A stretch of 64,000 bases of DNA, taken from contig OZ218950.1 in NCBI GenBank assembly GCA_965112735.1, positions 4,898,001 to 4,962,000 of the forward strand. Reading direction: 5' to 3'. Made by a program: the position numbers and the translations under genes. This stretch comes from Phaeosaccion multiseriatum (lineage: Eukaryota > Protista > Ochrophyta, other classes). Below are positions 51,799 through 63,446 of this stretch, piece after piece. The notes beneath the pieces were generated by a model. It did no database searches, was not told where the DNA came from, and saw nothing but the letters and a program-made list of their open reading frames with translations. How positions within the stretch are numbered: position 1 is the first letter of the stretch; every line of letters begins with the position of its first letter.

Positions 51799-53601
51799 TT
51801 ATAGCCGAGGCTCGACTCCTCCTCCTCCGTCTTCATCCGCCTCATCCCCTGAAACCTCCGAAGAAGCGACTTGCTGTCCCACTCCCGCCGCTGCTGTATC
51901 ACCACCTGCTCCTGATGCTGCTCCACTGGTGACAGCGGAGCTCACCTCAAAGGCCGCCCTCTTTGCCATCTCGTGGTCCTCATTCGCCCCCCCTCCCTCC
52001 TTGGTCGAGGCTGCTCGAAGCTTCAAGGCCTCCTCTTTGGACAAAGCTACGGGTCGGAGTCTGTATTCTCCATCATTGACGATGCAGTGAGGTCCATTGT
52101 GAGTCAAGCAAAGGCGTAAGGAGGGGAGGGGGAAGGGGAGGGGGGAGGGTGGCGTGAGGAGGGGAGGGGAGCGAAGGAGGAGGGTGGAGGAGCGGAGTAA
52201 GTGGGGCAAGGAGTATTATATTAGACCGGAGAGAAGAGTTAATGCGTGTGTGCGTCTGTGCGAGAGTTCAGCCTGCCTGGGGAAGGGGAAGGTGACGCCC
52301 CTCGACGGCAGGGGGTGGACACACATGGAGGCGCGGAGATGTGACGTGGCAAAAAAGCACAAAACCAAAAAGCAAAACGCAAGAAGCTTCTTTTGAAGTG
52401 AGGAAGGAACAAGCCGAGTGCGTGCGTGCGTGCGTGCGTGTTTGTGTGTGCGTGCGTGAGGCTCAACTTACTTGGCCTCGAGGTCTTGGGGCTGGATCCA
52501 TGGGGACTCAGCTCCATTGATGTGAAGCTCCTTGCTGTTGTACACAGCGCGGACCAAGCGAGCGCCTCCCTCCTTGTCCTCGCGTGCAACTTCGATGGTA
52601 ATATAGCTGGGAGGAGGACGAGGAGGAGGAGGAGGAGGAGGAGGAGGAGGAGAAGGAGGAGGTGGAGGAGGAGGAGGAGGAGGAGGAGGGGGAGAAGGAG
52701 GAGGAGGAGGTGGTGGTGGAGGAGGAGGAGGAGGAGGAGGAGGAGGTGGTGGAGGAGGAGGGGAGGAGGAGGAGGAGGAGGAGGAGGAGGATAAGGAGGA
52801 GGAGGAGGGGAGGAGGAGGGGGAGAAGGAGGAGGGGAGGAGGAGGAGGGGGAGAAGGAGGTGGAGGAGGAGGGGGAGAAGGAGGAGGAGGAGGAGGAGGA
52901 GGAGGAGGAGGAGGAGGAGGAGGAGGAGGAGGGGGAGGAGGAGGGGGAGGAGGGAAAGGGGGCAGGGGCCGACAAGGGGAGCAAGAAAGAGGAGGGGAAA
53001 TCTCGTGTGAGTGTGTGGGTGCAAAAGTGGAGGGCAGATGCGCCAAAAAGCGGTGCTGGAGTGCCGTCCTCTGCCAAATGGTAAGAGTAAAGAGTGGGTC
53101 GGTCCGAGGGGAGACAGGAAGGAGAAAGCTAAGCTAAGCTAAGCCCCCTGGAAGGAAGGGTCTTGAAGCTCCGGGCAAGCGACAAGGGGCAAAAGAGTAA
53201 GAGCCCGCTCCTCCTTCTTTCCTTCCCCTCTTCCCCTCCTGCCCTACTCAAAGGACGTACGCCCTCCTCCCCTCCTCCCCTCCTTCCCTCCTACCCTCCT
53301 ATCCTACCCCTCTTCCCATCCTCCCGTCCTCCCTCCTCCCCACCACACCCCACGCACCCTGCTCTCACCTGCCGTAAGGAGGCCATTTGGCGTCATACGC
53401 CCCTAGTGCAGACAGCAACTGAGGGGGGGGGAGGCACAGGGGGTGGGGGCACGGGGGGCAAGCGTCACGGTGTCGCTCCAGTGCGGGAGAATTGAATGAC
53501 GCATCTGCTGCCATCTACGTCCCTCTGCCGCCTCTGCCGCTTGGTTATGCTAAGCACTCCGTGTAGGTAGACAACACAACAACACCAACCACCACCACCA
53601 C

Positions 53602-53635
<34 letters not shown>

Positions 53636-56626
53636 AAAAGAACAAGAAGCTGCAGCAGCGCCCCACCACTGCCACCGCTGCCGACAGAGGAGGCTCTTCG
53701 CTCCATTGAGGACACATACACACATACATAACATACGTACATGCATACGTATATATATACATACATACATACATACATACATACGTACGTACATACATAC
53801 ACACATACATACGTGCATACGTTCATACGTACACACACATACATACATACACACACATACGTACATACGTACACACATACACATCATACATACATACATA
53901 CATACATACATACACAAATACATACATACATACATACATACATACAGACATACATACATACACACATACATACATACATACATACATACATACATACATA
54001 CATACGTGCATACGTACATACATACACACATACATACGTACCGGGAGGATGGTCGTATCATGGCCGGAGAAGATGCACAGCGGGCTCTTCGGTGAGGCTC
54101 TCCCCTCCCCATATGCTTGCGTCTGCTCCTGTCCCTGCCCCTGCCCATATGCCTGCCCGAGGGCCAGTGCGTCCAGCAACTCGTCCACGAAGGGGCCGAT
54201 GGAGAGGCGGTTCATCTGAGGCACCACACGCACACACACACGCACACACACACGCACACACGCACACACACACGCGAGGCAAGGAACGCCAGGAGGTAGG
54301 GAGAGGGGAGAGATGAGACGGGAGAGAGACAGTCAAAGCAATGGAGAGAGACAGTCAAAGCAAGGGAGAGGGATGAAAAAGGATGAGACGGGAGAGAGAC
54401 AGTCAAAGCAAGGGAGAGGGATGAAAGAGGATGAGAGGGGAGAGAGACAGTCAAAGCAAGGGAGAGGGATGAAAAAGGATGAGAAGTCAAAGCAGAGTGA
54501 CACCTGTGCACCCCGCCCTCCACGCACGCTCCCTCTCCCTCCTTCTCCCTCCCTCCATGCATCTCTCTTTCTCTCCTACCATCTGCCGCTTCCTCCCTCC
54601 CTCCATGCATCTCTCTTTCTCTCCTACCATCTGCCGCTTCCTCCCTCCCTCCATGCATCTCTCTTTCTCTCCTACCATCTGCCGCTTCCTCCCTCCCTCC
54701 CTCCCTCCCTCCCTCTCTCCCTCCCTCTCACCTCTAAATCGTCATACCACGTGCCCCACTGGTGCGACACAAAGTCCACAACCTCTGCGGTGAGGGTGGA
54801 AGAGTCGATGGTCGGCCCGAGGGAGATGCCGTGCGCTTCGTAGCAGGTAAGGCTCTCTCGCACCCCGGTCCATCGCCACTGGTCCTTACGCAAGCCGAGA
54901 AGCTGAGGGCAGGGGGGGTAGAGAGAGGGCGTGAGGAGGAGGAGGAGGAGGAGGAGGAGGAGGAGGAGGAGGAGGAGGAGGAGGAGGAGGAGGAAGAAGG
55001 GTAGTCGTACTGTACTGCACTTCACCCGACATTAACGTAACCCCAGAAGGAAGGGCTGCCGACATTTCAAGTAACCCCACGACGTTGCTACCTGCTTTTG
55101 TTCCACCCGGCGGGCGGCTCACTCACCTTCTCGGCCTTGTCGGCCAGCTGCAGCTGCTGCTTGAGCCCGTATCGAGTGCAGCTAAGGCGCTCCCTCTCGT
55201 TGATGGCAGCAATGCGGTGGTACTGGCCAAGGCCCGTGTTCTGAGCATTGGGGTACAGCGTCTCACAATTGGCGGACCTGTACACAATAGGAATCGGCCC
55301 TCCACCCTCCTCCTGCTCGCCCCGCTCGCCCCCCCGCCCGCCAGCGGCTCCCAGCCCCAGCCCTGCCATGAGGAACTGTGCGCTCTGCTGTGCCCTCCTC
55401 ATGTGCGTGGCCCTGGCGTACACTTGTCCTGGCTGCATGTGCTGGGCGTCCTGGCCCCCGGGGAAGAGAGAGCCCCCGCCTCCTCCTCCGCCTCTTCCTT
55501 CACCTCCTCCACTGTCACTCTCGTTACCACGACTACCACTACTACCACTACCGCTTCTGTTGCCGCTACTGTTGCTGTGGCTGCCGGAGAAGATGAGCGG
55601 GCGGAGGTGCTGCCCCAGTGCAAAGAGCTCCCCTGCCCCTCGCGTGGTGAGCTGTCCCCAGGGCTTGACCTCTCCCAGTGCTGTAGCTCCTCCTGTACCG
55701 TGCGGCTCTCTCACAGGCAGCCCGTCTGGTTCGACCATGACTGGGGGGTAGTGCGAGCCTAGGCCTTGCAGAGCCTCCTGCATGTGTGCAGGGAGTGAGT
55801 GAGTGAGTGAGTGAGTGAGTGAGGGACGGAGGGAGGGAGTGGGTGAGTGGGTGGGTGAGTGGGTGAGTGAGTGGGTGAGAGTGGGTGAGTGCGTGAGGGA
55901 GTGAATGTGTGAGTGCGTGAGTGAGTGAATGAGGGAGTAGGTGAGTGAGGGAGTGAGTGAGTGGGAGTGAGTGAGTGAGTGAGTGAGTGAGTGAGTGAGC
56001 GTACCATCAGATGCGTGGCAGAGGACGGGTAGAGACGAGTGACAAGAAAGGAAGGGGCAAGGAGCGCAAATCGAGTTGGGGGGAAGAGGAGGCGGTGAAG
56101 CGGCTAAGAAAGGCACACGGAGGCCTGCGCCTAAAGAGCGAAGGGGGCGAACTGCGCAATATCATTCCAAGCGTGTCCGCAAGCCTCGTACCTCCTCGGG
56201 AAGCATGCTCATCCACCTGTTCACCGCTTCGGGGGATTGTGTGATGGCAGTCCCAATACTCCTGCTAATTGGACATCTGTCTCCGTGCCTGCAGATGACA
56301 ATAACCTTCTCAAGCTTGTATGGCCTGGGCACTGCCGGGTGAGGCGGCTGGTGTTGGAACGAATGGCCCTGGAAAGCGGGGCTTCCTTCGGTGCCTCTGC
56401 CGCCTGGTCCAATTGCCCTGCCTGCTGTTGCTTCGACGCTTGTGGCACAGCTGGCGCTTGATCTCGCGCTGCCACCTGTGCAAGCTACAGCCCCGAAGAT
56501 ACTCACCGACGCCAGTAGAGATACTCTCTTGCAGCTGATGCCCGGCATTGCACTCGGTGCGCGAAGGACAGGAAGCGCCGATATGTCTGCAAGCCTAGCA
56601 ACTACTGCTCTGCACGTGGTGGCCAT
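51799..56626 (-). CDS. Histidine acid phosphatase (branch 2, ACP6/lysophosphatidic acid phosphatase-like), multi-exon
   Basis: Motifs RHGDRCP, GQLTTRG..ELFALGQHLR, ARATHMRRAQQSA, FSGHDTTILP (~54041-54075), LLSALGAYDAKWPPYGS (exon 53418-53369) and YITIEV (exon 52606-52472). The last exon (52060-51799) is inferred. Confidence 0.88.
53717..54040. repeat. Intronic (TACA)n microsatellite
   Basis: Direct reading. Confidence 0.9.
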
Positions 56627-57002
56627 TGGCCGTGTGCTTCTTCTGCCGCTATGCTGTTGCCCTCTTGCCCGAGTGGCGGGCGGACTGGGCTTCCGATCAG
56701 AATGCCGTCTCTCTCTTCCTCCACGTTCGCTGTCAGCTGTGATTAGACACCTCGGTAAAGTGCTTTATTTCACTCTCAGCTCTGCTCTCTCCTTCCTACC
56801 CAAGCTGTCTGGAGCTATGGCTTTGTTAGGAGGGGAGGGGAGGTCAGATTTTCTAAAAGTAAAACAAACCCCTTTTTGGCGATTCGGCCGATAATCATCC
56901 TCGGCCCCAAGAGTAGATCCGAGGAAGAGACGAGTGCAGTGGCGGGGGGCGGCGCAGAACCCGATTGCGCCCATCAGCAGGGACCAAAGGTACGGCCAGA
57001 AT
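56627..57002. promoter_or_regulatory. Putative bidirectional promoter between the phosphatase and NELF-A
   Basis: The divergent ATGs are only 376 bp apart. Inferred from gene arrangement alone. Confidence 0.4.
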
Positions 57003-58810
57003 ATGGGCAGCATGGACAACCAGGAGTGCTTGCAGCTCAATAGGAAGCTCAAGTCCAACTGGAGCAGCGCCACCATCGTGCACCTGCTCACTCCGGACTT
57101 TGTAAGGGGCGTGGCCAGGGGCTTCAACTCAATGGAGGCGGCCGTCAAGATGCGCACGCTTCTCGGCTTCTTGGTGAGCAGCGCAGGGGGGACCGGAAGA
57201 TGGGGAAAAGGCAAAGGAAAGAGGAGGGAAAGGGGGGAGGAGGATGCTATATACACATTGATGATGTGCCTGCCTGCTTCCCATCCATACCTTACACCCC
57301 GTCCCGCTCGCTGCTGGCTTTTGCAGGGTTTAGAAGAGTGCAAACTCGCTGCAGTTGACGAGGCGCTGAGAGAGCTCCTGACGCAAGCGGCGGACAACGA
57401 GAAGAGCGACAAGTGGGTCAAGGTCGTGTCGGAGCTCGTAGGCACTTGGCTGCAACCAGAGGCGGAGGGCACCGGGGAGGGCGGCAGAGGAGGGGGAGGA
57501 GGAGGAGGAGGAGGAGGAGGAGCAGGAGGGGCGGGAGGGGCGAGTGTGGTGGACACGGCGGAGATCGTGATGAAGCTCGCAATGAAAACGCTGCGAGAAG
57601 AGGCCGCACGAGAAGCAGCAGCAGCAGCAGCAGCAACAACAACAGCAGGCAGACGACAAGGGGGCCAAGGAGAGACTGAAGACGGCGACACTCCAGATAT
57701 GGTGAGGTGATGGATGGGGCTGTTGCTGCGTCACTTTTGATGTGTGCGTAAGGGGGTATTCCTAGCACCACCTTTGGCCGCTTCATAAAAGCACTACTAA
57801 AGAGATCTCACCAGGCCAGCAGGGCTCTTGTCTCTCACCAGGCCGCGCCCTCTCCTCCCTCTCTATCCCCTGTGACCCCTCTTCTCCCTCTCTATCCCTT
57901 GTGGCCTGTACCTATCCAGGCCGGCGCTCCTGCCGCAATCAATCCAGCTGCGTCGTTCTGGACGCCTTACTACGCGCCCCTAGAGGCGCAGTACATCAGC
58001 AAGCGGCAGCAGCAACAGCAGTGGCAAAGCACGGCCGCTGGTCCTGCTGCTGCCGCTGCAGGCGACAGTAGTAGCGAGACAGCCTTCTTCGCCAACCACC
58101 ACTTCGTGCCCCACCACGACCCTCTTCTCTTCGCCGAAGACCTCGCAGTAGATGCTCACTTTCAGCTCCCCTCCGCGACGGCCGCCGCCGCCTCTGCTAG
58201 CATGGCGGCCCCCTCCAGTCTGCTGCCATTAGCCGGCGACGCCGCTGCCGGGGGTGGTGCTGCGAATGGGTCCTTCGCAGGTACTTCTTCTTCCAGCGCT
58301 CTCTTAAGAGGAGTGGATGGACGGGGGGGGGCAAGCGCGAGCGGTCGAGGAGGTCGAGGGGGGGGGGTGCGCCGCAGTCGGCCATCGTCTTCGTCGTCGG
58401 CCTCCAAGAGCAAGAGCAGCATGTTCCTTTCTTCGGGCCCTCAGCGGCGGGCAGGCGGGGAGAGGGGTGGGTTGCTGTCGGGCGGTAAGGGAGAGGGGGC
58501 GCGGCAGGGACAGCTGCAGAACAGGGGCACAGCCAAGGTTATGATGCTCAGCGTGAACGATCACAAGCAGCTGCAGGAGAAGCCCAAAGAAGCTGCTCCC
58601 ATACTAGGCATGAAGGCTCCAAGGAAGAGGAGAAAGACGGCAGTGGCAGCGGCATCAGTAGCGGCAGCGGGAGGAGGAGGAGGAGGAGGAGGGGGAGGAG
58701 GAGGAGGAAGTGAAGCAGCAGGGGAGGGTACGACATCGGACGCCGCTCTAGGGGGGATTTCGGCGGCAGCAGAAGGGGGAATACTGGACACAGGCACTGC
58801 CATAGGCGAC

Positions 58811-58848
<38 letters not shown>

Positions 58849-59689
58849 TGGTGATACAGCAGCAGCAGGGGGCGACGAGAGTGCTCTCAACGCAGCTGCT
58901 CCACCCCTGGGAACGCCAGCAGCGGACGCCGGACCTGGTGCTGCCACCTCCTTAGGAGTGGCGGACGGTACTGCGCCCGTACCGCAGGAGCAGCAGGGTC
59001 AAGGACAGGGTCAAGAACAGAGTCTTGGTGCTCTTGGTGCTCTTGGTGCTCTTGGTGCTGGGGCCATCCCGGCCGCTGGGGGAGAGCAGCAGGGCGGAGA
59101 ACAGCAGCAGGGGCTCTTGGCCACAGGGGAAGAGTTGGAGCAGCTGATCCGCACCAAGTTCGGGGACAAGTGCAACGCGCTGAAGGACTCCAACAAGCTT
59201 GTGCTGGGCTTCGTTTTGAAGGGCATCAACCCCAATCCCGCCAAGATTGAGTACAAGGTAAGGTGTGGGGCCGACCGCAAACCCTCTCGTGTATGGTTCT
59301 AGTGGGATTCTTGTCTGATATGACATGGTACACATTCATCATGTGGGTGTGTTGCTTGTCCCTTCCCCGGTGAATGTAACGGTCATGGCCCTCTCACGTA
59401 ACCCTACCTCTTTCTCCCCCTCGGACACATCGTCCCACCGCCCCCCTCTCCGCCCCATGCTCCACTCCCACCCCCACACCCCCCTCCCAACCCTACCCTC
59501 TCGTCTGCCCCTGTCCTCCTGTCCTCTGGTCTGCAGATTAAGCTGAACATCGACCCCGCCTACGTGGACCCCGCCACCGGTGAGACGTTTCGGGAGACAA
59601 TCTTTGTCCATGTGTCCTTCGCCGTGTCGCCCCCCACCTTTCAGAAGACAAGGAAGCTCAAGCGCGACAAAGGATTTGAGGTTGAGTAG
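57003..59689 (+). CDS. NELFA: Negative elongation factor A (NELF-A/WHSC2) homolog; exons 57003-57173, 57327-57701, 57920-59257, 59537-59689
   Basis: The N-terminus LNRKL..NWSSATIVHLLT...F..M.AAVKMRTLLGFL...ALRELL..A....DKWVKVVSELV parallels metazoan NELF-A (LHNKL..W...SIASLLT...F..L...VKLKLLLG...ALMEII..A...DPWV..VADIL). PLEAQYI parallels PLECQYL. The C-terminal F..CN.L....K.VLGF...NP.P....IKL...ET.F......F.K.RK parallels the NELF-A C-terminal domain. Recognised from memory. Confidence 0.8.
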
Positions 59690-59820
59690 CCTATATATAA
59701 TTCCACAGTGTATAATTCATTCAGAGGGAAGAAGAAGAGGAGAACTTTATTGACTTAATAGGAATCACCGAAGAAACTATTGATGACCGGTTTTGGTGGG
59801 GCGAGATGCCCCACTCGGTG

Positions 59821-59882
59821 AAAGTGGGTATTTTTAGTACCCAATTTTTTTAAAAGTGGGTATTTTTAGTACAGTACCCAAT
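59821..59882. repeat. Direct repeat aaagtgggtatttttagtac(agtac)ccaat, each copy with an internal dyad tgggta..taccca
   Basis: Copies at 59821 and about 59853, lying 3' of the Crypton ORF. Confidence 0.7.
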
Positions 59883-60026
59883 ATGGACCAGTAGCGCCCC
59901 TTCCCCCCCCCCTCCTTTTTTTGTGTGTGTGTCTGCCCCTGCTACAGGGGAAAATATACTACGCTATGATATGACGATATAATGGTATTACCACGATAAC
60001 AATGGTATTCATATTTACAGACACAC

Positions 60027-60344
60027 TTAGTGTCCGTCCTCAATCATGCATGGCTTACAGTAGTAGTCAAAATCGCCTTCCACAAAACCCTTGCTGTCGC
60101 AAAACTCGACGGTGCACATGTGGTGCACGAGGTTTCCACACGCTCTTTCGGATGGGCAGAGGAACAGCTTGACTTGCGAGGGCTTAGTACAGCCATACGA
60201 GCATGTGAAGGCCATGTCTCCCTCTCTCAAGCCGCCCAACGACGGCGCTGCTGACGCGGCAGCAGCGGCAGTAGCGGCCGCAGCGGCCGCATCAGAGGCA
60301 GCAGCAGAAGCAGCATCAGAAGCAGTACCAGTACCAGTACGCTG
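60027..60344 (-). CDS. PHD-like Cys/His finger in the -1 frame downstream of the recombinase
   Basis: CSYGC..LCPSERACGNLVHHMC...YYCKPC gives a C4-H-C3 pattern. The frame is open from the A8 run at 60352-60345. Confidence 0.6.
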   Translation of the reverse strand, partial: QRTGTGTASDAASAAASDAAAAAATAAAAASAAPSLGGLREGDMAFTCSYGCTKPSQVKLFLCPSERACGNLVHHMCTVEFCDSKGFVEGDFDYYCKPCMIEDGH

Positions 60345-62702
60345 TTTTTTTTGGGCCCCCTTCCCCCACCCCTTCCTCCTCGTCCTCCTCCGGCTCCGCC
60401 TCCTCCTGTTGCAGCAGCAGCAGCAGCAGCAGCATTGCTGCTGCCACCTCCCTCCTCGTCGTCCTCTGCACCGCTATCACCTCCATCCCCCTCCTTCGAC
60501 TCGTCTGCACCAGTGCCACTTTCCTTCGCCCTCGCCCGCTTCGCCCGTTTTTTCGCGTCCGCCTGCTGCGCGCTCCATAAAATATACACGGTGGTCCACA
60601 CCAGCTGATTGAAGCGGCGCTTGTGAGAATCAGAACGAGACTTGATGTCAAAGGCGTCTTTGACTGCGTCAAACATGCTTCGCGCTTCTTCAAGCGTCGG
60701 CTTGTCCTTCCAGAGCCCCTTTTCTTTCGCCGCGGATTCAATCGCACCCATCAAACAGCAAAATTTTGACATCCTTCGCTTCTCCGCCCTCCCCTGCACG
60801 TCTGCTGTCGTGAATTCTCGAAGGCGAGGAGTGCCTGTCATCCAAGCATCCCAAGCAGCGCGCACAGTGAAGCTAGGGACCTCAAAGTGCTCGGGAAGGG
60901 TATGCCACCGGCCGTTGTAGAGATACAGAGGTGGCTGATCTGCACCTGCACAAGAAGAAGAAGAGGGCGGGGCGCTGCTCGAACCCTCACCAAGGCCCAG
61001 AGTGCCTGCCTGGTGAGCCGCGAGAAGGTCGCTGAGCCCACTCTTAGAAAAGGCTGCGTCGAGGGTCGTCTGCAGGGCCCTGCTCACACCCAGACTGGTG
61101 ACAGTGCCAGAGGCCTGTGCATTCTCCTCCAGAACGTCACGGATCAGCGTCTCCAAGTCGACCTTGATCGTCTGGCCCAACACCTCAAGCTTGCCGCCTA
61201 GAGAGGCCACGCTGTCCGCCACGACTTGGAATTGCCTCAGCTGCACGACGTGGGGAGGAATCCCGGTTGCAGAAATCTCGTCCGTCTCGTCCGGATACTT
61301 CAGCACGACATGCTCTGAAAGGTCCGCCAGCAACCTTTGATCTCGGAAGAGCTGTGTCGTGAAAAGAGGGTGATTCTCCTGAAGAGTGCTGCGCAGAAAG
61401 CCGGCGTGGTACACCACACTGGCAAGACAGAATTCAGCCACCTTCCTCAATCTCAGCGGCACGTCCCTGAAGCAGCTCACAATGGCTCCCGCGAGCACGT
61501 CTTCAATGCCCTCCTTCGCTGTGCCGTCCACCTTGAGGCGCTGAAAAAAGGGAGGAAGCAATGCAAACTCCTTCGCTGAGATGTTCGCCCCGGAGGCAGC
61601 CCGGCCCACATACTGATCTGCTGCATTGATGGGGTTGAAGTAGATGCCCTGGACGCCGGGAAGAGACCATCCCATTCGAAGTTGCACAGCAATTGGGTTG
61701 GGAGCAGCGGACGAGCCGCTTGTGACGTGCGAGGCAGCGCCCTTGCGCCCAGAATGAGTGCCGAGGTCCTCTGGAGTCAGCCCCATGCCTTCCAAAATGG
61801 ACGAGTTCGCCGCCGCCGTACGTCTGAGGAAGCCGCAATACCTATCGTACTGATTGTTGCCAGCGAACAGCGCGTTCTTCTCAAAACCAAAGCTCAGGAG
61901 GTAAACACCAAGCGCGAGGACGGGGCAGATCTCCGGCATGATTGGATTCGCGTAGACGTGGCGAGGATGTCGGGCCTTCTCTCCCAGCTGGTCGCCCTTT
62001 TGCTTCCCAAAATAGACGCAGAGCGCGTCCCCCTTCCACTCGAGATGATCGAGACAAATCTCCACACAGTTGGTGGCGCGGCACATCAGATTCCAGGAGA
62101 GAACGAGGAAGGGGTGGCCAAAGGCGCCCTGTCTGTGCCCGTTCTCACAGACTGCCGAGCTCAGCATTGCTGCGATGTACACAAGCGAAGGAAACAGTGG
62201 CAACCAAAGACGGCGTCAGGGCTAGGAAGTGAGTGGGGGGCAGTCAATGCATCAGCCACTTGTCTCCACCCACTCCACTAGTTTCCACTGTCCACTGACT
62301 CCACACAGCTGGGAATTTACCTTTGGCAAGAGCGCGGTAGAGAGCGAACGGCATGGGAGCCTTCCCTTCTCTGACTTCGACATTTCCCTCCTGCTTCTCT
62401 CCTGCGATCGTCCTCTTCAGCCCCTTGGTGAGCGTCGCAAGGTCGCTTTGCAATTTGCGGTGCTGCTCCTCCTGATGGTAGTCTCTGTACAGATTGAAGA
62501 GTGCAGAGCGTTTCGACTGTGCACCGGCCTTGGATAAGCCCTTCGGCCCCTTCTTGACTTCAAGCAGCCACCCGAAGAACGCGTCGGCTGTCAGCAGATG
62601 GAACAGCAAAGGGTGCGGCGCCCGAGGTGCTTGGATCAAGTGTGCCTTCACCCGCTTCGTCCACTGCGCCTCAGCCTTCTTCTTGGCCTTTGCTTGGGCT
62701 TT
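60227..62702 (-). CDS. Crypton tyrosine recombinase with a GCR1_C-like C-terminal domain (exons ..62702-62321, 62169-60227); start missing
   Basis: Motifs RSALFNLYR, EGKAPMPF, WNLMCR (catalytic R), KGDQ (K), RHVYANP..PEICPVLAL, GTHSGRKG (HxxR), RMGW, GIYF (Y), ADQYVGR. The C-terminal WHTLPEHFEVP..W..W..G...RRMSKF..LM..IE is GCR1_C-like. Confidence 0.85.
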
Positions 62703-63411
62703 CTTCGTGCCCCACCACGACCCTCTTCTCTTCGCCGAAGACCTCGCAGTAGATGCTCACTTTCAGCTCCCCTCCGCGACGGCCGCCGCCGCCTCTGCTA
62801 GCATGGCGGCCCCCTCCAGTCTGCTGCCATTAGCCGGCGACGCCGCTGCCGGGGGTGGTGCTGCGAATGGGTCCTTCGCAGGTACTTCTTCTTCCAGCGC
62901 TCTCTTAAGAGGAGTGGATGGACGGGGGGGGGCAAGCGCGAGCGGTCGAGGAGGTCGAGGGGGGGGGGTGCGCCGCAGTCGGCCATCGTCTTCGTCGTCG
63001 GCCTCCAAGAGCAAGAGCAGCATGTTCCTTTCTTCGGGCCCTCAGCGGCGGGCAGGCGGGGAGAGGGGTGGGTTGCTGTCGGGCGGTAAGGGAGAGGGGG
63101 CGCGGCAGGGACAGCTGCAGAACAGGGGCACAGCCAAGGTTATGATGCTCAGCGTGAACGATCACAAGCAGCTGCAGGAGAAGCCCAAAGAAGCTGCTCC
63201 CATACTAGGCATGAAGGCTCCAAGGAAGAGGAGAAAGACGGCAGTGGCAGCGGCATCAGTAGCGGCAGCGGGAGGAGGAGGAGGAGGAGGAGGGGGAGGA
63301 GGAGGAGGAAGTGAAGCAGCAGGGGAGGGTACGACATCGGACGCCGCTCTAGGGGGGATTTCGGCGGCAGCAGAAGGGGGAATACTGGACACAGGCACTG
63401 CCATAGGCGAC

Positions 63412-63446
<35 letters not shown>

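Larger units (their letters stand above)
60027..62702 (-). mobile_element. Crypton (tyrosine-recombinase DNA transposon), 5'-truncated at 62702
   Basis: A YR ORF carrying a spliceosomal intron (62320-62170), which is typical of Cryptons. The element ends were not resolved. Confidence 0.85.

Noticed and set aside
52239-53084. Poly-P, poly-S and poly-E ORFs as a separate gene
   Set aside because: This is an intronic (GGA)n tract. The only real coding part (52606-52472) is a phosphatase exon.
34595-62702. Dicer, phosphatase, NELF-A and recombinase as a functional gene cluster or defence island
   Set aside because: Adjacency in a eukaryote is not evidence of co-function, and the recombinase belongs to a transposon.
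60227-62702. DIRS retroelement or phage integrase
   Set aside because: There is no adjacent RT/RNase H or viral gene. The intron and the GCR1_C-like tail fit a Crypton.
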